Position numbers and translations under genes: made by a program. This document shows, in pieces, positions 1-14,817 of a stretch of DNA of 64,000 nucleotides (position 1 is the first letter of the stretch; every line of letters begins with the position of its first letter). The notes beneath the pieces were generated by a model, which worked only from the letters and a program-made list of their open reading frames with translations, was not told the DNA's origin and did not search any database. The stretch spans positions 9,238,001 to 9,302,000 of the forward strand of contig OZ176055.1 in the NCBI GenBank assembly GCA_964247055.1, read 5' to 3'. The DNA is from Paragordius varius (lineage: Eukaryota; Animalia; Nematomorpha).

Positions 1-150
1 TTGGAGAAATATCCAATTCTTCTTTTCTTCATCCAACTCCAGTTGGAGAAATATCCAATTCTTCATTTATTCATCCAACTCCAGTTGGAGAAATATCCAA
101 TTCTTCTTTTCTTCATCCAACTAGAGTTGGATAAATATCCAATTTCCCAT
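1..150. repeat. Tandem repeat, ~42-bp unit, at least 3.5 copies (truncated by window start)
   Basis: TTGGAGAAATATCCAATTCTTC...CATCCAACTCCAG recurs at 1, 43, 85 and (diverged) ~127. Confidence 0.9.
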
Positions 151-3100
151 TTATTTCATACGTTAACAGATATTTGATTATATTTACAGGTATGCGAACT
201 ATCCATTTATCTAACAACATAATCAAATTTTAAGCAACTGAAAAAATGTCCAAATCTGTTTAACAAGTTATCTTTGTCCGATTTTAATGTTAGTTCAATT
301 CCACTTTCTTCTATATCCTCCTTAATAATTAGAGGTAACCAGATCCTCATTATGCATCCGTTCAATTATTTCGATTTAATATTAAGATGTATCGATCATC
401 AATTGTCATTAACTCTTTAAATATTTAACCATGTTTCCATTTTTTATTTTAGAAGCGTTTAAAATTTATTATACTGACTCAAGCCATATTTCGAAAATAT
501 CAATTATAAAAAAATAATTTTTTATAAATAATTTACATAAGATAACACAATTACATAATATTATTAAAAATTATATTGGTTCATAGAAAGCATAACTTTA
601 GAAAGTAAAATCATGTATCATGCAAATGAAATGCATAAACAAGTCATAATTATTAATTAAAGATAAAGCCCATTTATCCGAGTCCATTACAAATTTAGCG
701 ATGGGATTCGAAAAGTAAGCTGTTTAATTTTTAATGATATACATTAATGTATATAGCAGTCGTTATTAAAATTAAAAAATTATTGAATCGATTTAATCAT
801 ATCATAGATTTGCACTTAGATTTGAGCGGTGAAAGTTATTTAATAAAACGTAATGTGTTGCAGAATAGTTCCTGGGTTTATAAACTTCGGTATAAATTTT
901 ACGTTTACGACTTTACCACTTCAAGCTTCACCTACATTAATGGATAATTCTTTATTAACAAAGGTCGATGGAATTGGTGTCTACCTTACAGAATCACCCA
1001 ATCCCTTTTCCTCTGAATCAGAATATTTATTAACTCGAGTATTTATTCAAATCCATTTATAAGATTTCAAATTTCGGATCTTTATACGCCTTTAATTATT
1101 TTTGTTCATGAGTGTTCAAAGTTTTCAACGTTCATTAATGTTTGTTAACTGAAGCTTGTAAATTAAAAGTTTCTTAACAGAAATCCGGATAAGCACCGAT
1201 AGTTTTTACTTTTATATCTGTGTAATCTCCTCTTTAAATGATTGTCCAAAGATTAACAAAGTTTTGTCTTTTATTTCGATATGAGTTAAAGGTCTCCAAA
1301 ATCTACATAATATCTGTTAAACAATTTTAGTTGTTTATAAAGAGAGGTTAAATACTGTAATGATCGTCTTTCAGGCATAAAATATTAAGGACAAAATCTT
1401 CTTAGGATTTGTTTTATCCAGAATGTAACACTATGAAACATAATCTTCAAATGTTATATTTGGATAAAAACTGCGAGGTTACAGTGATTTTAGTTATTAT
1501 TTATTGACTCTACTTTTATAAATATTATATCCGACAATAAATGCTTCACTATTTAAATCATTTATTTGATGAAGTTATATCATTGCTATATTATTGTGAA
1601 TATACTTTGTTTAGACTGAATCATCAGTCAGCACAGTTCGTGTTAAGAATTTCCATGTTAGTCCCCTTATTTCGTTTACAGTGGTTACATATTCAAAGTT
1701 GTTAATATATGGTTGATTTTTAAAGATGAGATACCCATACTTCTATACATTATTAAGAGATGTCAAATTTTTAATAATTTAAAGCTGTAATATTCTTCCG
1801 TGTTGGTTTCCATATTATATAGTTTGAAATTATATGTTTAAATAAAAAATGCATTTATTATTATATATACAAATTTTAATATGCATACATACATAAATAA
1901 GTATAATATATGTGAATATCGTTGCGATTAATTTATTTGTATACATTAAAATTTGGTAATTAAATATTAATATACATAAAAATTTTGTTATATAAAAAAT
2001 ATATTTATATTATAATTAAATTTCTGCAATGTCCCCTAACTAAAATAAATATGAGTAAAAAATCCAAACATTAACTTTCATGTCCAATATTGCAAAATTA
2101 TTTTTGTCTCCACCTCCATTTCTCCGGTTAAATTAATTAAGCCGCAAAATGTGATTCGGCTGTTTATTACAGTAGTATTGCATTTTTACTTATATGGCGT
2201 TTAATTAAATATTGGATTCTGTAAAAGCCCATCATTGGACGTGATAAATTAAAATGACCCAATATAGTAATGTTTAAAAGTTTAAGGTAATCAAACATAC
2301 CCAAGATATCTTGCTAATCAGTTCCAATCTTTTATTAGTCAACTGAACAATAGGATATTTCTAGCTTTCGGTTGAGATCATTCTATAGATTAACAGTATA
2401 TAATTTTGCATAAACCACTTTAAATTCAATTTTTTTTTAAAAGATTTATATTTTAAGTAAAATCAATACTTTATGGTTGTGAAATTAGCTATTGTTTTTA
2501 CAATGATATCATGGCTTATTGTGTCAAAATAAATTAAGTTTTTTTTATAAATAATATGCCTCAGTAATACTAAATTTACAAAAAAATCGGACAAATGTTG
2601 TACTTTTGAATTGCGATTCCTGTATTTCAGTAAGTTCCATTACATGATTGCCTCATATAATTCCTCATATTTATAGCTAGTCATTCGTATTCGCTTGTAA
2701 AATTGCAATAATTAGTACGGGTGAATGATATTAGAATTGATTTTTAGAACAATCCATTCTTAAATACATCATATTATAAGTGAGAAATTGTAATGATTGA
2801 TGAATCTGACTAACACAATTTGATTGTTAAGTATAAATTATGTAAAAACATTAAAAACAAACATATTTTGTAATGGTGTTTTAACTTTATAGGTTAATTT
2901 ATATCCAATTTCCTAAAAGTAATTAAACCTATGGTTTTTTAAAAGGGGTTGTGAATTTGGTATAATTATATGGGGTATAGAACTAGAAGTTATTAAATAA
3001 TTGTCTTTAAAAATAATATCGTATTCCTTTATTATAGGGTTATATACAAAACAACATGATCTATATAGCACATATTAGATGATTTAAAGCAAAATCCATT

Positions 3101-3355
3101 TTATGAATGTTTGGCTCCGAATTCATAATTATAAGACATTTTATTAATTCCAATCACTAAATTAGAAGTATACTAAACATATGTTAGACATTCAATAATA
3201 TTAACCCTATAATGAAAAGTAGGTTGGGTTTAAAAATTGGGACATTTTGGCTCTTTCCAGATACACAAATAATTTAGGAAGGAATATATTTTTTTATTCA
3301 TTCAAAGTTATAAGGCTTGGGTTTAATAAAAGCCTATAGGGTTGGAAATATATTA

Positions 3356-4000
3356 CAGTGGTACTTACCAAAAAAATTAAAAGGCCAAAAAAATATTTTT
3401 TGTCTCAATGCCATATGATGTATGTATAATGGATAGCCATTGTATCCGTTTAGATTTAGAAGTTGCCTGTAATATTTGCGATCCTGATATGTGTTCTCAT
3501 CAATCTTCAACACTTAAATCATTATTTATTGTTTTTTCCCAGTTAAATGTGGGTCTACCCCTGCGATTGTTACCTTCGGGATGTAGGGATAAAATTTTAT
3601 TTGCCCATTGTTCTGGAGCACGTTTGATGTGTCCGAAATATCTAAGCCTATTTTTTTTATCATAATATATAAAGCTTCGATTTGGTACAGTTGATGTAAA
3701 TTTGATTTTGGCTTATTGGGGTGGAATAATTTTGCATTCCCTTTTCTATGGTTATTAGTCTTTTGTCGATTGAATCTGTCATAGGCCATGTCTTGCTTCC
3801 ATAAAGGAGTATGGGACGTATGCCGGCTTTGTACATCAAACCTTTGTTTTTTGCTGATGTGTTTATTTTTGAGCATTATTTTAAGTTGATGATATTTTAC
3901 CCAAGCCTGTACCGATAATATTTTCATACCTGTTTGAGATTTGCAGATAAAAATGTAATAAAATCGGGCCATAAACGACTTTTAGGGGCCCTTGAAGCCC
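3356..4000. mobile_element. Non-autonomous hAT-like element interrupted by a LINE fragment
   Basis: Left end CAGTGGTACTTACC resembles the left end of the hAT at 4088. Left (TTTTTTGTCTCAA) and right (GGCCAT..ACTTTTA.GG) subterminal segments resemble the element at 44124-44648. Right TIR not clear. Confidence 0.5.
3470..3870 (-). mobile_element. RTE-clade LINE 3' ORF fragment, frameshifted
   Basis: Manual translation in frames other than the listed ORF gives MYKAGIRPILLYGSKTWPMT and KNRLRYFGHIKR...PEGNNRRGRPTFNWEKTINNDL, typical RTE post-RT motifs. Confidence 0.8.
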
Positions 4001-4087
4001 TTGGTCTGAGAATTTTATTATGTACAAATCGTAATTAAAAATAAAATCTTTTTAATTCAGTAATTTTTATTAGTTAACAATGTAATA

Positions 4088-6329
4088 CAGTGGTACTCAC
4101 CAAAAAAACTTGACGGGCCAAATAAAATATAATTTTTTTTCGAGGGCCAGGAACCTTATAATGGCAAATATATCATACCTATTGACCTATATGCACACAT
4201 TTATACTTTAAATCAGCAAAATGAATATTTGGCGGATCGCATGCAAATCCAGCTAAAAACTCGTTTTGCACCATTTATTTTAAAAAATTAAATTATTTTG
4301 AGAACAACATTTATTTTGATATTAAAAAATAATTTTGAACAAATTTGGTTTCGCCTCATGACAGACCAATCTTAATACGTCGTCCATATGATCATCGATT
4401 AAGCCATTTCTGTTTTTCTTGACATACTTCATTTTTGAATATGTCGTCTTACACGTTTAAGTTGAGGGAAAATAGGATAACTTGACCACATTTTTTTAAA
4501 TTTTCATATTTATTTGGCTCATCTTGCCAAAATTCCACATATCTTTCTTCTCTACGATTCTCCTTGAACATAGCCTCTAAAGTGGAATCATTTTTAAAAT
4601 GTACGAATTCTTCAATGATATGCGTGCACCTGATCAAAACCGAAATGCTCAAGTTGCTTAATATTGGATATATCCATATGCCATGGATATTCAACGAGTT
4701 TTTTGCAATTTTTAATATTTCTTAATTCTTGAAATTTGAACATCTCATTAGACAAAAATTTTATGATTGACTATTATTAAATTAATCTCCGCGATAATTT
4801 CCATATTTTCTCCATGAATTGTTTAAGTGTTGGAAAATATAGGATTGTTTTATCTATAAAATCTTGTTTATTTATTATTAATTCTTCTTCAAAAGTATTT
4901 GATTAGCAAATTAGGACATAATTTTGCTCCCTTGAAACTTGTATTAAAAATACTGTTATAAGTAATGAAGCAAAGGTAGGCTAATTAAACCCACCATTTG
5001 ACTATTAATTTCCACGTCAAACTTTCTGTTATCTTTTATAAATAATAGAATTTCATGTCTTAAAACAATCTATTTAAGATTTTGCCAAAGCATGGCCATG
5101 TCACAGCGGTGTACAAAAGAATATCATTTAACTCACTGTGATTATCTTTCAAAAGGTTTTTGAATTTAATGCGGTTGAATTCTCTACCACGGATGTGATT
5201 AACTATGTCCACAACCGTTTTAATTACTGAATTGAGTGATTCATCTTTTACACGCGAAATCAAGTTTTGCTGCTATTATTCATTGGTAAAATTTCTAATT
5301 ACTCCTCGTTGATTTTGTCGTTGGAATATCTCACGAAGAGCGCTGATTGAGGGGTTGAACTAATATTAGTGCTAGAATCAATAGCAATACCAGAATATTT
5401 GCAGTTTTTCAGAGCTATTGTTAAATATACATTCAGATAAATCTTCAATGCGTCGAGTACATATTGAATCATTCTAATTTGCCTCATGATTTCTTTATAT
5501 AAAATTTATAAAAAGTGCAATCATTTATTAGACAATCTTTAGTTGGGAATCAGTATACGGATTCATATTTTTTTCTAAAATATATAAATTTCATACGATG
5601 CTAATACAGCTTTTTCGGAGAAAGCTATAGACATATATAAATTTTTCTTTCTAGTACCTTAATCTTTTTATATTTTTCGTTTCTTTCCTCATGATTTTCT
5701 GGTAATTTATGAAAATGATGGATTGTAAAATGTCTTTCAATATTATATTTAGACAGGTAAAACGCAAATAATTTGTCATCCCATTAAAGGAACGATTTTC
5801 ATCGGATAATTTACCTTTTTTAGCATTAGATGTCATCCTTTGAAGTTTAAATATTATGTAATTTTTTTAAAAAAATAGGAGTATAATTTGAATTATGCTA
5901 AAAAACAGGTCGAAATTTGATGATGTTAATTTAAAAAATATTTTATGAAAATGAGTAATAAAAAATGATGCAGGATAGCAATGAAAAGAATACGTATAAG
6001 GTGGAAGGCTTGCTTAAATACAAAAAAGGAGGGCAATAAAAATTTCAAAATAGAAAAAAAATAGAATACAGAAACAGAAACAACGTAGGCTTAAATTTTG
6101 AAATCATTTTAATGTAGAAAAATTTTTCTACCTTTCAAATTAAGTAAAAAATAAATATTACCAAACTAAAATCTAAAGAAAACAAATTGATATTAAAATA
6201 AGCAAAAATTCATTTATGTTTATTTTAAAAATTCATCAATAAAAAAAATAATTTAAGTATCAATATGGTCATAGGGCAATTTTAAAGCACTATTAGGGCC
6301 GCACGCGGTCCGCGGTTTGAGTATCACTG
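4088..6329 (-). mobile_element. Decayed hAT (Charlie/Buster-like) DNA transposon
   Basis: TIRs CAGTGGTACTC / GAGTATCACTG (10/11 match), perfect 8-bp TSD ATGTAATA on both sides, broken transposase pieces AIDSSTNISSTPQSALFVRY and VVDIVNHIRGRE...ILLYTAVTW. Confidence 0.92.
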
Positions 6330-6601
6330 ATGTAATATATACTAATTAAATAAACTTTTAAGTATAGATTGCTTACAATGAATTTTATACTTATCCATTG
6401 ATTGACCATCAATTTCGAAAAAGCTTTGTAAGAATTTATGTTAAAACGGGTAATAACTATATAAAACAGCACCTTAGTGAAAACTTACATGCTTAGTGAT
6501 TGATATATCAATGTAATAATAATGCCAATATATAAAATTTATTAAATAATGACATGAGGAGGAACTGTGTAAGGTATACATAATTTTTCATAATCAATAA
6601 T

Positions 6602-7230
<629 letters not shown>

Positions 7231-7315
7231 AGGAAGTTATGTGTAAATTGTGAACAAATGTTTTAATGTTTGTTCACTCACAGTAGCTAATCCAAGTAAA
7301 TGGTTATCGTATATT

Positions 7316-8520
7316 TAACACTTGGATAAAACACATTCATTTTAGTCCTTCGGTTCAAATTAAGGTACTTAAATACCCCAGGCATGTTGAAAACTAAATA
7401 CTTTTAAAAATATGGAAAGAATCGAAACCATGGCAAAATTTTGCACCTATATAACATCAATAAACCGAAGTATATAAAAAAATTATTTAAAAATACTTGA
7501 TATTCCTTATTTTAAACTATAACCGAAAGGAAAAAATTTAGTCAACATGACATGTTTGCAATGGTAAAATTAAAAAATAATACAAAATAAATCGCTTTTT
7601 CTATTTCCATCAATGTTAGATCTAATTTAAATAAAAAATTTGCTTTATTTCTACCCTTAAAATTTTATAAAGACGATATTTTGCAATAATTTTGTAAAAA
7701 AATGGTTGGGAAGTAGTTCGACATGGAACTTCTAAACAAAATTTCATTTAGATATTTTAGCAAATTTATATAATTTTTATTAGGATAGAGGCATAAATAT
7801 AAATTAGGACCGTTTCCTTCAGTAGTTTTTTAAAAATCCTAAATCAAATTTAGTCTGAGGTATATACCCCAAATTGAATCGTATTAAAAGAGAATGCAAA
7901 TATGAAAATAATATTTAATATATTATAAATATTCTAACCCTTATCATATTTTGTAGGCGACATTTTTGGATGATATTCTTTCTCATGACTTAATCCTATA
8001 TATACTATTGTTTAAAAAGGTGTTTTAGTTGAAATTTAATTAACAAACGTTGTTCTCCTGTATTAACACTTGGATACAACAAACGTTCTTTTCTTCGATT
8101 CAAATTGTGGCCGTTGAAACCCCCAGGCTTGTTAAAATTAAATACTTCAAATAATATGTAAGTAATTGAAAATTTATAAAAAGTTTGCACTTATATAACA
8201 TTAGTCAACATGACATGTGAGGATAAGTTAAATTTAAAAATAATACAATATTAACAACTTTTCTGTTTCTCTCACTTCAGATGTGTAAATAAAAAATTAG
8301 CTTTAATTTTAGCTTTAAAATTAAAATACACAATATTTTACAAGAAAATAAAAATGGCATCCAAGTAGTTAGAATTCATTTAGATATTTTGGCTTATTTA
8401 TGTAATTTTTTTAGGATACAGGCATATATTTAAATAGGGATTGTTTCTTTCAGCAGTTTTTATCATTCAAATTGAATATAGTCTGCGGTATTTAGATACC
8501 CCAATTATCCAAATGTTAAT
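7316..8520. mobile_element. TTAA-flanked MITE family B, nested/composite copy (second start near 8052)
   Basis: TTAACACTTGGATA at left, TATCCAAATGTTAA at right; internal segments recur at 9598-10266, 11190-11360 and 21200-21343. piggyBac-like assignment inferred from TTAA only. Confidence 0.7.
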
Positions 8521-8620
8521 ATATATTCATTTTAAATTAACAATATATTTTGGTTTAAACCTTTAGTTCTTCCGAAAATTTTAACATGATGTGTGCTAGT
8601 TTTGCGACTTTTCTATATAT

Positions 8621-8652
<32 letters not shown>

Positions 8653-8872
8653 CAGTCATGTATCCTTTATTTATCAAAAATTTATTTTCTTTCGTTAAAT
8701 GGGTATAAATATTTGTTAAAGAATGGAAAAAAGAGAGCTCGGTGGTATTAACAATATCATATTCATTATAAAAGTATAAGAATTACCATAGAGCTCTTGT
8801 TTTTTCATTCTTTACCAAAATATACACATTTAACGAAAAAAAATTTTTGCTAAAATAAAGGATACATGACTG
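8653..8872. mobile_element. MITE with perfect ~21-bp TIRs, TA-flanked
   Basis: CAGTCATGTATCCTTTATTT ... AAATAAAGGATACATGACTG within TA runs; subterminal inverted similarity as well. Confidence 0.9.
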
Positions 8873-9597
8873 TATATATATTATCTATGGAGAAATTACC
8901 GCAAAAGTTTAAATAACTTTCCTGAAACTCGTAAATAATATCCAAAAGACTTTTGATAAAAGAAGGATTGTAAATATCAAAATAGATACTATTTTTTCAA
9001 CAATACATTGCTATAATTAATATACAGTATGTAAAAACAATCATTATAATAATATATTTCTGCATGGAAGAAGTTTTGGATACTGCGAGTAAAAAAAATT
9101 TTGAGATGATAAAAATGCAATGAACGAATTCGATATTAACCCTTAGCAATATTGACCCTTACAAGTGATTATGCTCAAATTTTATCCAAAATGGCTGAAA
9201 TTTATATGCAGGATGTGTGTTTTTGGTTTGGAATAATTATTGGTTATCTGAATATATGATCGGAACCATTTTTACTCGATTGGGGTATCAAAATGCGCCA
9301 GAATAGAGAAACGGTCCCAATTTAAATTTATGCTTCCATCCTAATAAATATTATATAAATATGCCGAAATATCTAAATAAAAATTAGTTTTAAAAAAAAA
9401 TTCATCGACGCCATTTTTATTTTACAATATTTTATGCAAAATATCGTGTTTATTTAATTTAAAGCTAAAATAAAAGTTTATTTTTTTAACTCACATCTAA
9501 CATTGATGGAAACAGAAAGAGTAATTAATTTTATATAATTTTTAAATTGAATTAACGCACACATGTCATGTTGACTAAATTTTTACCATTTTTTATC

Positions 9598-10266
9598 TTA
9601 ACACTACGATACAACACATTCATTTTAGTCCTTTGATTTAAATTGGGGTAGTTAAATACCCCAGGCCTGTTTAAAACTAAATTCTAATATGGAAGGAATC
9701 GAAACCATGGCAAAATCTTCCACTCATAACATAAATAAACCGAAAAATATTTTATTCAAAAATACATGATATTACTTATTTTAAGCTAAAACCGAAAGGT
9801 AAAAATTTAGTCAACGTGACATACGTGCAATGGTAAAATTGAAAAATATACAAAATAAAAAATTAGCTTTAATTTTACTCTTAAAATTCAATGAAGACGA
9901 AATTTTGCAAAGATTTTGTAAAATAAAAATGGCGTCGAAGTTGTTTGTCATGGAACTTTATTTCAAAACAAAATTTTATTAGAAGCATAAATTTAAAATG
10001 GGACCGTTTCCTTCAGTAGTTTTTAAAAAATCCTAACTTAAATTTAGTCTGGGGTATTTAGATACCCCAATTTGAATCGATAATATCAAATATTTTTAAA
10101 TGGATTTTTTTAAATTTCGGTTGATTAATGTTATATAAGTGCAAACTTTTGCCATGGTATCGATTCATTCCATATTTTTGAAATATTTAATTTGAAACTA
10201 GCCAGTATTCTAATTACCCCAATTTGAATCAAAGGACTGAAATGAACGTGTTGTATCGAAGTGTTA
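9598..10266. mobile_element. MITE family B, complete copy with long terminal inverted arms
   Basis: TTAACACTACGATACAACAC... / ...GTTGTATCGAAGTGTTAA; 9600-9750 is an imperfect reverse complement of 10120-10266. Confidence 0.8.
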
Positions 10267-10399
10267 AGAGCAGGTTTTATTTTGCAAAGAACGATTCTGG
10301 AACCAAAAAAATGAGAAAACCTGAAAAGTTTTAAAATATAAGAGCCTTTTTAGAATAGATTTCACTTTTTAATTACCATGTTTTACAACCGAAAAAATA

Positions 10400-11064
10400 T
10401 GAATAATCGGATCTAGTTAAAATTTTAAGAACCGTGAGCAACCCGTTCCAAATTTAGGCTCAGGTTATCCATGAACAAAAACACAATATTTTTAAGCATA
10501 AATTTGATGACAAAATAATACTTTATTCAAAATTCTGAGGTGAAAATCAGCATTTTGGAATTATAGAAAAGGCCGTTGTTATGATATTCTGAAGCGTTTT
10601 TAAACCTCATCATGACTCAAATAGTATAAAAGAGGCCCAACAAAATTTTGCAAAAAAAATTTGTGAAAAGGGTATGCATTTTCAAAAAATATTTTTAGTT
10701 GATATGAAAATTTAGCATATATGTTAAATTTTTATCACGCAATTCCGGCATTTTTACGTCTAATTTTAGAATAAGTACATTTTAGAAGAGCAAAAAAATT
10801 TGGGATTTTTGGAGCCCATATCTAAAAATTAAATTTTTTGAAAATATTGATTTGCGCTTTATATGTAGTTTATGATATATTTTATTGATATTTTTCGGAA
10901 CGAAGCCAATAACTTTTACTATAAAATTTTATTAAAAAATGTGCGCAAATTTTGCCATTTTCTGATATGGAGAACTTACCACAAAAGTGTAATTAACTTT
11001 CTTAAATGACAAAGCACCATGATATTCCTGATAATTTTTCATCAGGTTATTTTTTTTGGACACT
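10400..11064. mobile_element. Tc1/mariner-like non-autonomous element family C (partial)
   Basis: Ends TTTTTTGGACACTG|TA; internal sequence shared with 28793-29976 and 38190-39293. Confidence 0.65.
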
Positions 11065-11694
11065 GTATATATAAGCACATGCTTTCAATAAACACATAAA
11101 TATAAAAAAATATCCATATACAAAATTGTTATCAGATCTTTTGTCAAGGAATCATGACCCATAACAAAAATTAAATAAAGCTTATAAATATTTGGATACA
11201 ACACATTCATTTCGGTCCTTCGATTCGAATTGGGTCATTAAATACCATAGGCCCGTTAAAAATTAGATACTTCATATAAATATGGAGGGAATTACCATGG
11301 CAAAGCAAAAGTTTGCACTTATATAACATTAATGAACCGAAATAAAATTCATTTAAAAATACTTGATATTACTTGATAGAATAAACAAGAGAGAAACGCA
11401 TATTACTAATAAAATAATACAGACTAAGTGCGATTTATTTTGAAAAAATAAAATTAATTTTCGAGTGATATATGGTTCACTCTTTCTCAAATAGTATGAA
11501 ATGGTAAATTTCTGTTGCTTATATAGGTGCGGGGAAAGTTAATTGATGAAAAAACCATTAATAATAAGATTACATTGGAAAAAATCAATTACCCTTACAA
11601 TAACTTTGTTAAATTGTGTAAAAAAATACGTAATAATTTATAGGCCTAGGAATTATGATAATGCGTAGTCCCTGATTGACGACAACAATTAGCC

Positions 11695-11925
11695 ATCTTC
11701 TCTGTTTAGACTAGCTTTGCGTTTCTTAATTTCGATTGCTTCACATTGTGTCGCTTGATTGGGTTTTCGATGTTGGATTACTTCTGTTTTTATTATTTGG
11801 TGATTTTCTGCTTATATATGTTCTGATAGACCAGACAGTGCTTTATTAATGCGAAGGTATGAGTTGCGTTCATTGAGTCTTGTGTTACTTGGGCTTTATA
11901 ATAACGGTTTCTTTCTGGTTTTTCT
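11695..11925 (-). mobile_element. Penelope-like element, GIY-YIG C-terminal remnant
   Basis: Translation TRLNERN...ALSGLSEHI*AENHQII...EAIEIKKRKASLNREDG* matches the usual end of PLE endonucleases. Confidence 0.65.
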
Positions 11926-12518
11926 TTCTTTTAATTAAGGGTTTTTTTCTGTTTTTTTTCTATATAATTATTATCGTCCATGATTATTCATTATCAATTT
12001 AATTTTTACGGTGGAGTAAATAAAAAGTTTCCCAATCCCCTGATAATGCCTATGAAAAATTTACAATAGTTATATTTTATTTTTACGTTATTTTACGACG
12101 ATAACTCAAGCCATGTAAGACCCGATTCTGACGAAACGACTGCCCATTGTGGGACATTGACACCCTGGGAGGCAATGTTGGAGCCACTGTGTTTCGAGCA
12201 GAGCTGGTTACCAATCTCCGACATCTCTTTTGGTCGGAATTGAGACTTAGCCTAGAACAAGGTCAACGGCCACTTATCCCGGATTAGCGTCTTGGTTAAA
12301 GGTACATCTGAAGCATAGTCGCACGAAGGGGTAACGCTAACGCTTGTAATGTCAAAAATCCCTAAAATTGGTCTACCTTAAAAGCCACACCATTTAGAAG
12401 CCCCTTCTATACCAAAGATAAGAGCAAATTAACTTTACATTTGACTCGACTTAGACCTTTGACATTACTTTGTGGAACTTACCTCACACGGCGAAATTAA
12501 CATTTCTTTTAATATATA

Positions 12519-12748
12519 TACCATTTACAATTCAAATTCACTAATATTTGTTTTCGGGCTAATATAACTCATCATTAATAATTAATATATTCTTATGGCA
12601 TAGTTTTATATTTTTTCGGTATATATATTTTAAACATATTTTCATTTTTTAAAAATATAAAAAATATAGGTAATTTTTAATCTTGAAATAATTTATTTTA
12701 GGGTGATTTTTAGTTGTTTAAGGGGTTGAATTTGAACTGAAAATGGTA
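12519..12748. mobile_element. MITE family A (intergenic copy)
   Basis: TA|CCATTTACAATTCAAATTCAC ... GAATTTGAACTGAAAATGG|TA. Confidence 0.85.
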
Positions 12749-12789
12749 TATATAACTAAATAACCATACTAACTTAAAACACACCTAAC

Positions 12790-13370
12790 ATTAAGGCATT
12801 TTTTATGTATGTAGATACTAACGTCAATCCCAACCTCCAATGTGTCTAAGCTCAATGCGTTACGGGTGTGTAGGGTATGCTTTGACGGCAGGGTGCTGAG
12901 GATCTTCGACGTTACACCCTTTACTTGTTTACTGGATTCTTACAGTTTATCTAATATATATTTGGTCACAGGAACACGTGGCTTGATATATTCCTGGTAA
13001 TTGCTCACGTGAGATTGGATCTTTGTATTAATGTGATAGATAAATTTAGACATTGGTTCGTTAACTTTTTTGCATATTTATTTTATTCAAAATTTTCCCA
13101 ATTTTTCTGGTAACATTGTTAATAAAAGGCAAGCAAGCTGTGGAGATAAAGTCATTGTTATTATTATTTTAGTTTGGAGGTTTGAAGTGTATTCGATCAA
13201 AAAGTTTGGAAGTGTAACCATTTGGATTGCAAGATTGTTTCAGAAATTGTAGCTCAGTTTTGACTAATGTGAGAATTCGGATTACACATTGTTTTTGTGC
13301 AGGGTGGTAGGAGAACCCGTTGAAATACAAGTTGGTGCGTGTTAGTTTGCGGTAGACCATGTGATATACT
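12790..13370 (-). mobile_element. Penelope-like retroelement fragment (RT C-terminus plus GIY-YIG), degenerate
   Basis: VYRKLTRTNLYFNGFSYHPAQKQCVIRIL...ELQFLKQ..NPNGY, then KDPISREQLPGIYQATCSCDQIYIR*TVR (GIY-YIG) with stops. Confidence 0.85.
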
Positions 13371-14817
13371 TATTTAACAAATGAACTATATCGCCCGAAA
13401 AATAATAATTTTAATTTTTATTAAATAAATCGTATTTAGTCTTTATTATTTTATTACTTGATAATACTTATTTAAAGGTATAACCCAAAAGTAAAAATTT
13501 GTCAACATGAGTTGTGTGCATTAGCTGAATTTAAAATATTACATAAACTACTTTTTCGTTTCCATTAATGTTAAAGTGATTTAAAATAAAAAATTAACTT
13601 TCTTTGGCTTTAAAATTTAATATACAAGATATTTTGCAAAAATGTTTTAGAATAAAATGGCGTCGAACTAGTTTTATATGAAACATTAAAACAAATTTTG
13701 TTTAAATATTTCGGCTTAATTATATAATTTTTAATAGGGTAGAAGCAAAAATTTAAATTACGACCGTTTCAGTAGTTTTTCAAAATATCAACTGACATAT
13801 AATCTGCTGTATTTAGATACTCGAATCAAAGTGTTAACATTGAAAATAGATAAAATCACAGGAAAAAATGATAATTTTTAATAAAACAGAGTTAGTTACG
13901 CCTATTTAAAATATAGAGATGAATTTCATTGGCTGTAAATCAACCCTATACCTCCAGGCCCTAAGAGATAAAGAACCAAATTGCCCATGGTATTAAAACA
14001 TTTAAAGATCAATAATGAAAATGAACTCAATTCGAGATTCTCTTAAAACACTGTATTAATAATTTAAACCACTACGGTTTGTGCAAAGCTTATCTTGATA
14101 CAACATTGTAAAATATTATTACTACTATATTTTTTAATATTGACTGTATATCTTATACCACAATAAAATAGTCTCACTGTATCTATCGTTTTAATCCACC
14201 TTCACACTTCAATTAATGTGGGATAAAAGGTTATAAATTAAAAACGGGCATTATCCTAAAATGTTTTAAGTATAAAAAATTTATTTCCAATTTTCTGCGA
14301 CTAATGTTCTTCAAGCTATTTTTTAGGCTTAATGTAAAAATGTTTATTCGTTTGCAATGTATTAAATTACTAATTCAAAAATTAATCCCACTTTGTTTAA
14401 AGTAGCGTCAGTAGAAACAAAAGATCAATCAAATTTATAGGTTATATTAATTTACTCACATGGCCTTAAGGCTTAATAAATATAGTACCTTAGTATGAGA
14501 AGTGTTAAGAGCGTAATATTTATTTTTGCGGGTCGCGAGAAAGATGCGGCTATTGTCCGCTGAAAGTAGTAGAAATATGCTGAAAACTAGTTAATAATTT
14601 AGAATGAGTCAAATATAATCAAAGTCAAAAAATTAAATAATCCACAATTCCAAACTTGACTGGAAAAATATAAAGTGGTTTAACCTATTTTGTTTATTCG
14701 TGTTATCTTATATTTCTGCGTAAATTAAGAGCTAATAGCTAAAATGTCAGTGATTTAAATAGAAAAGCATCGATTTGAAAACGTAATTTATAAAAAATAT
14801 AATTTAGAATATATTTA

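Noticed and set aside
1-150. CRISPR-like repeat array
   Set aside because: Contiguous ~42-bp tandem units without unique spacers, in an intron-containing eukaryotic context
747-1320. Short ORFs at 747 and 853 as genes
   Set aside because: No recognisable motif or splice pattern; possibly decayed transposon sequence, unassigned
3526-3972. 148-aa ORF as a novel protein
   Set aside because: It is an alternative frame over a frameshifted RTE LINE fragment
12125-12180. Hammerhead ribozyme at CTGACGA
   Set aside because: No stem II followed by a separate GAAA, and stems I and III could not be closed
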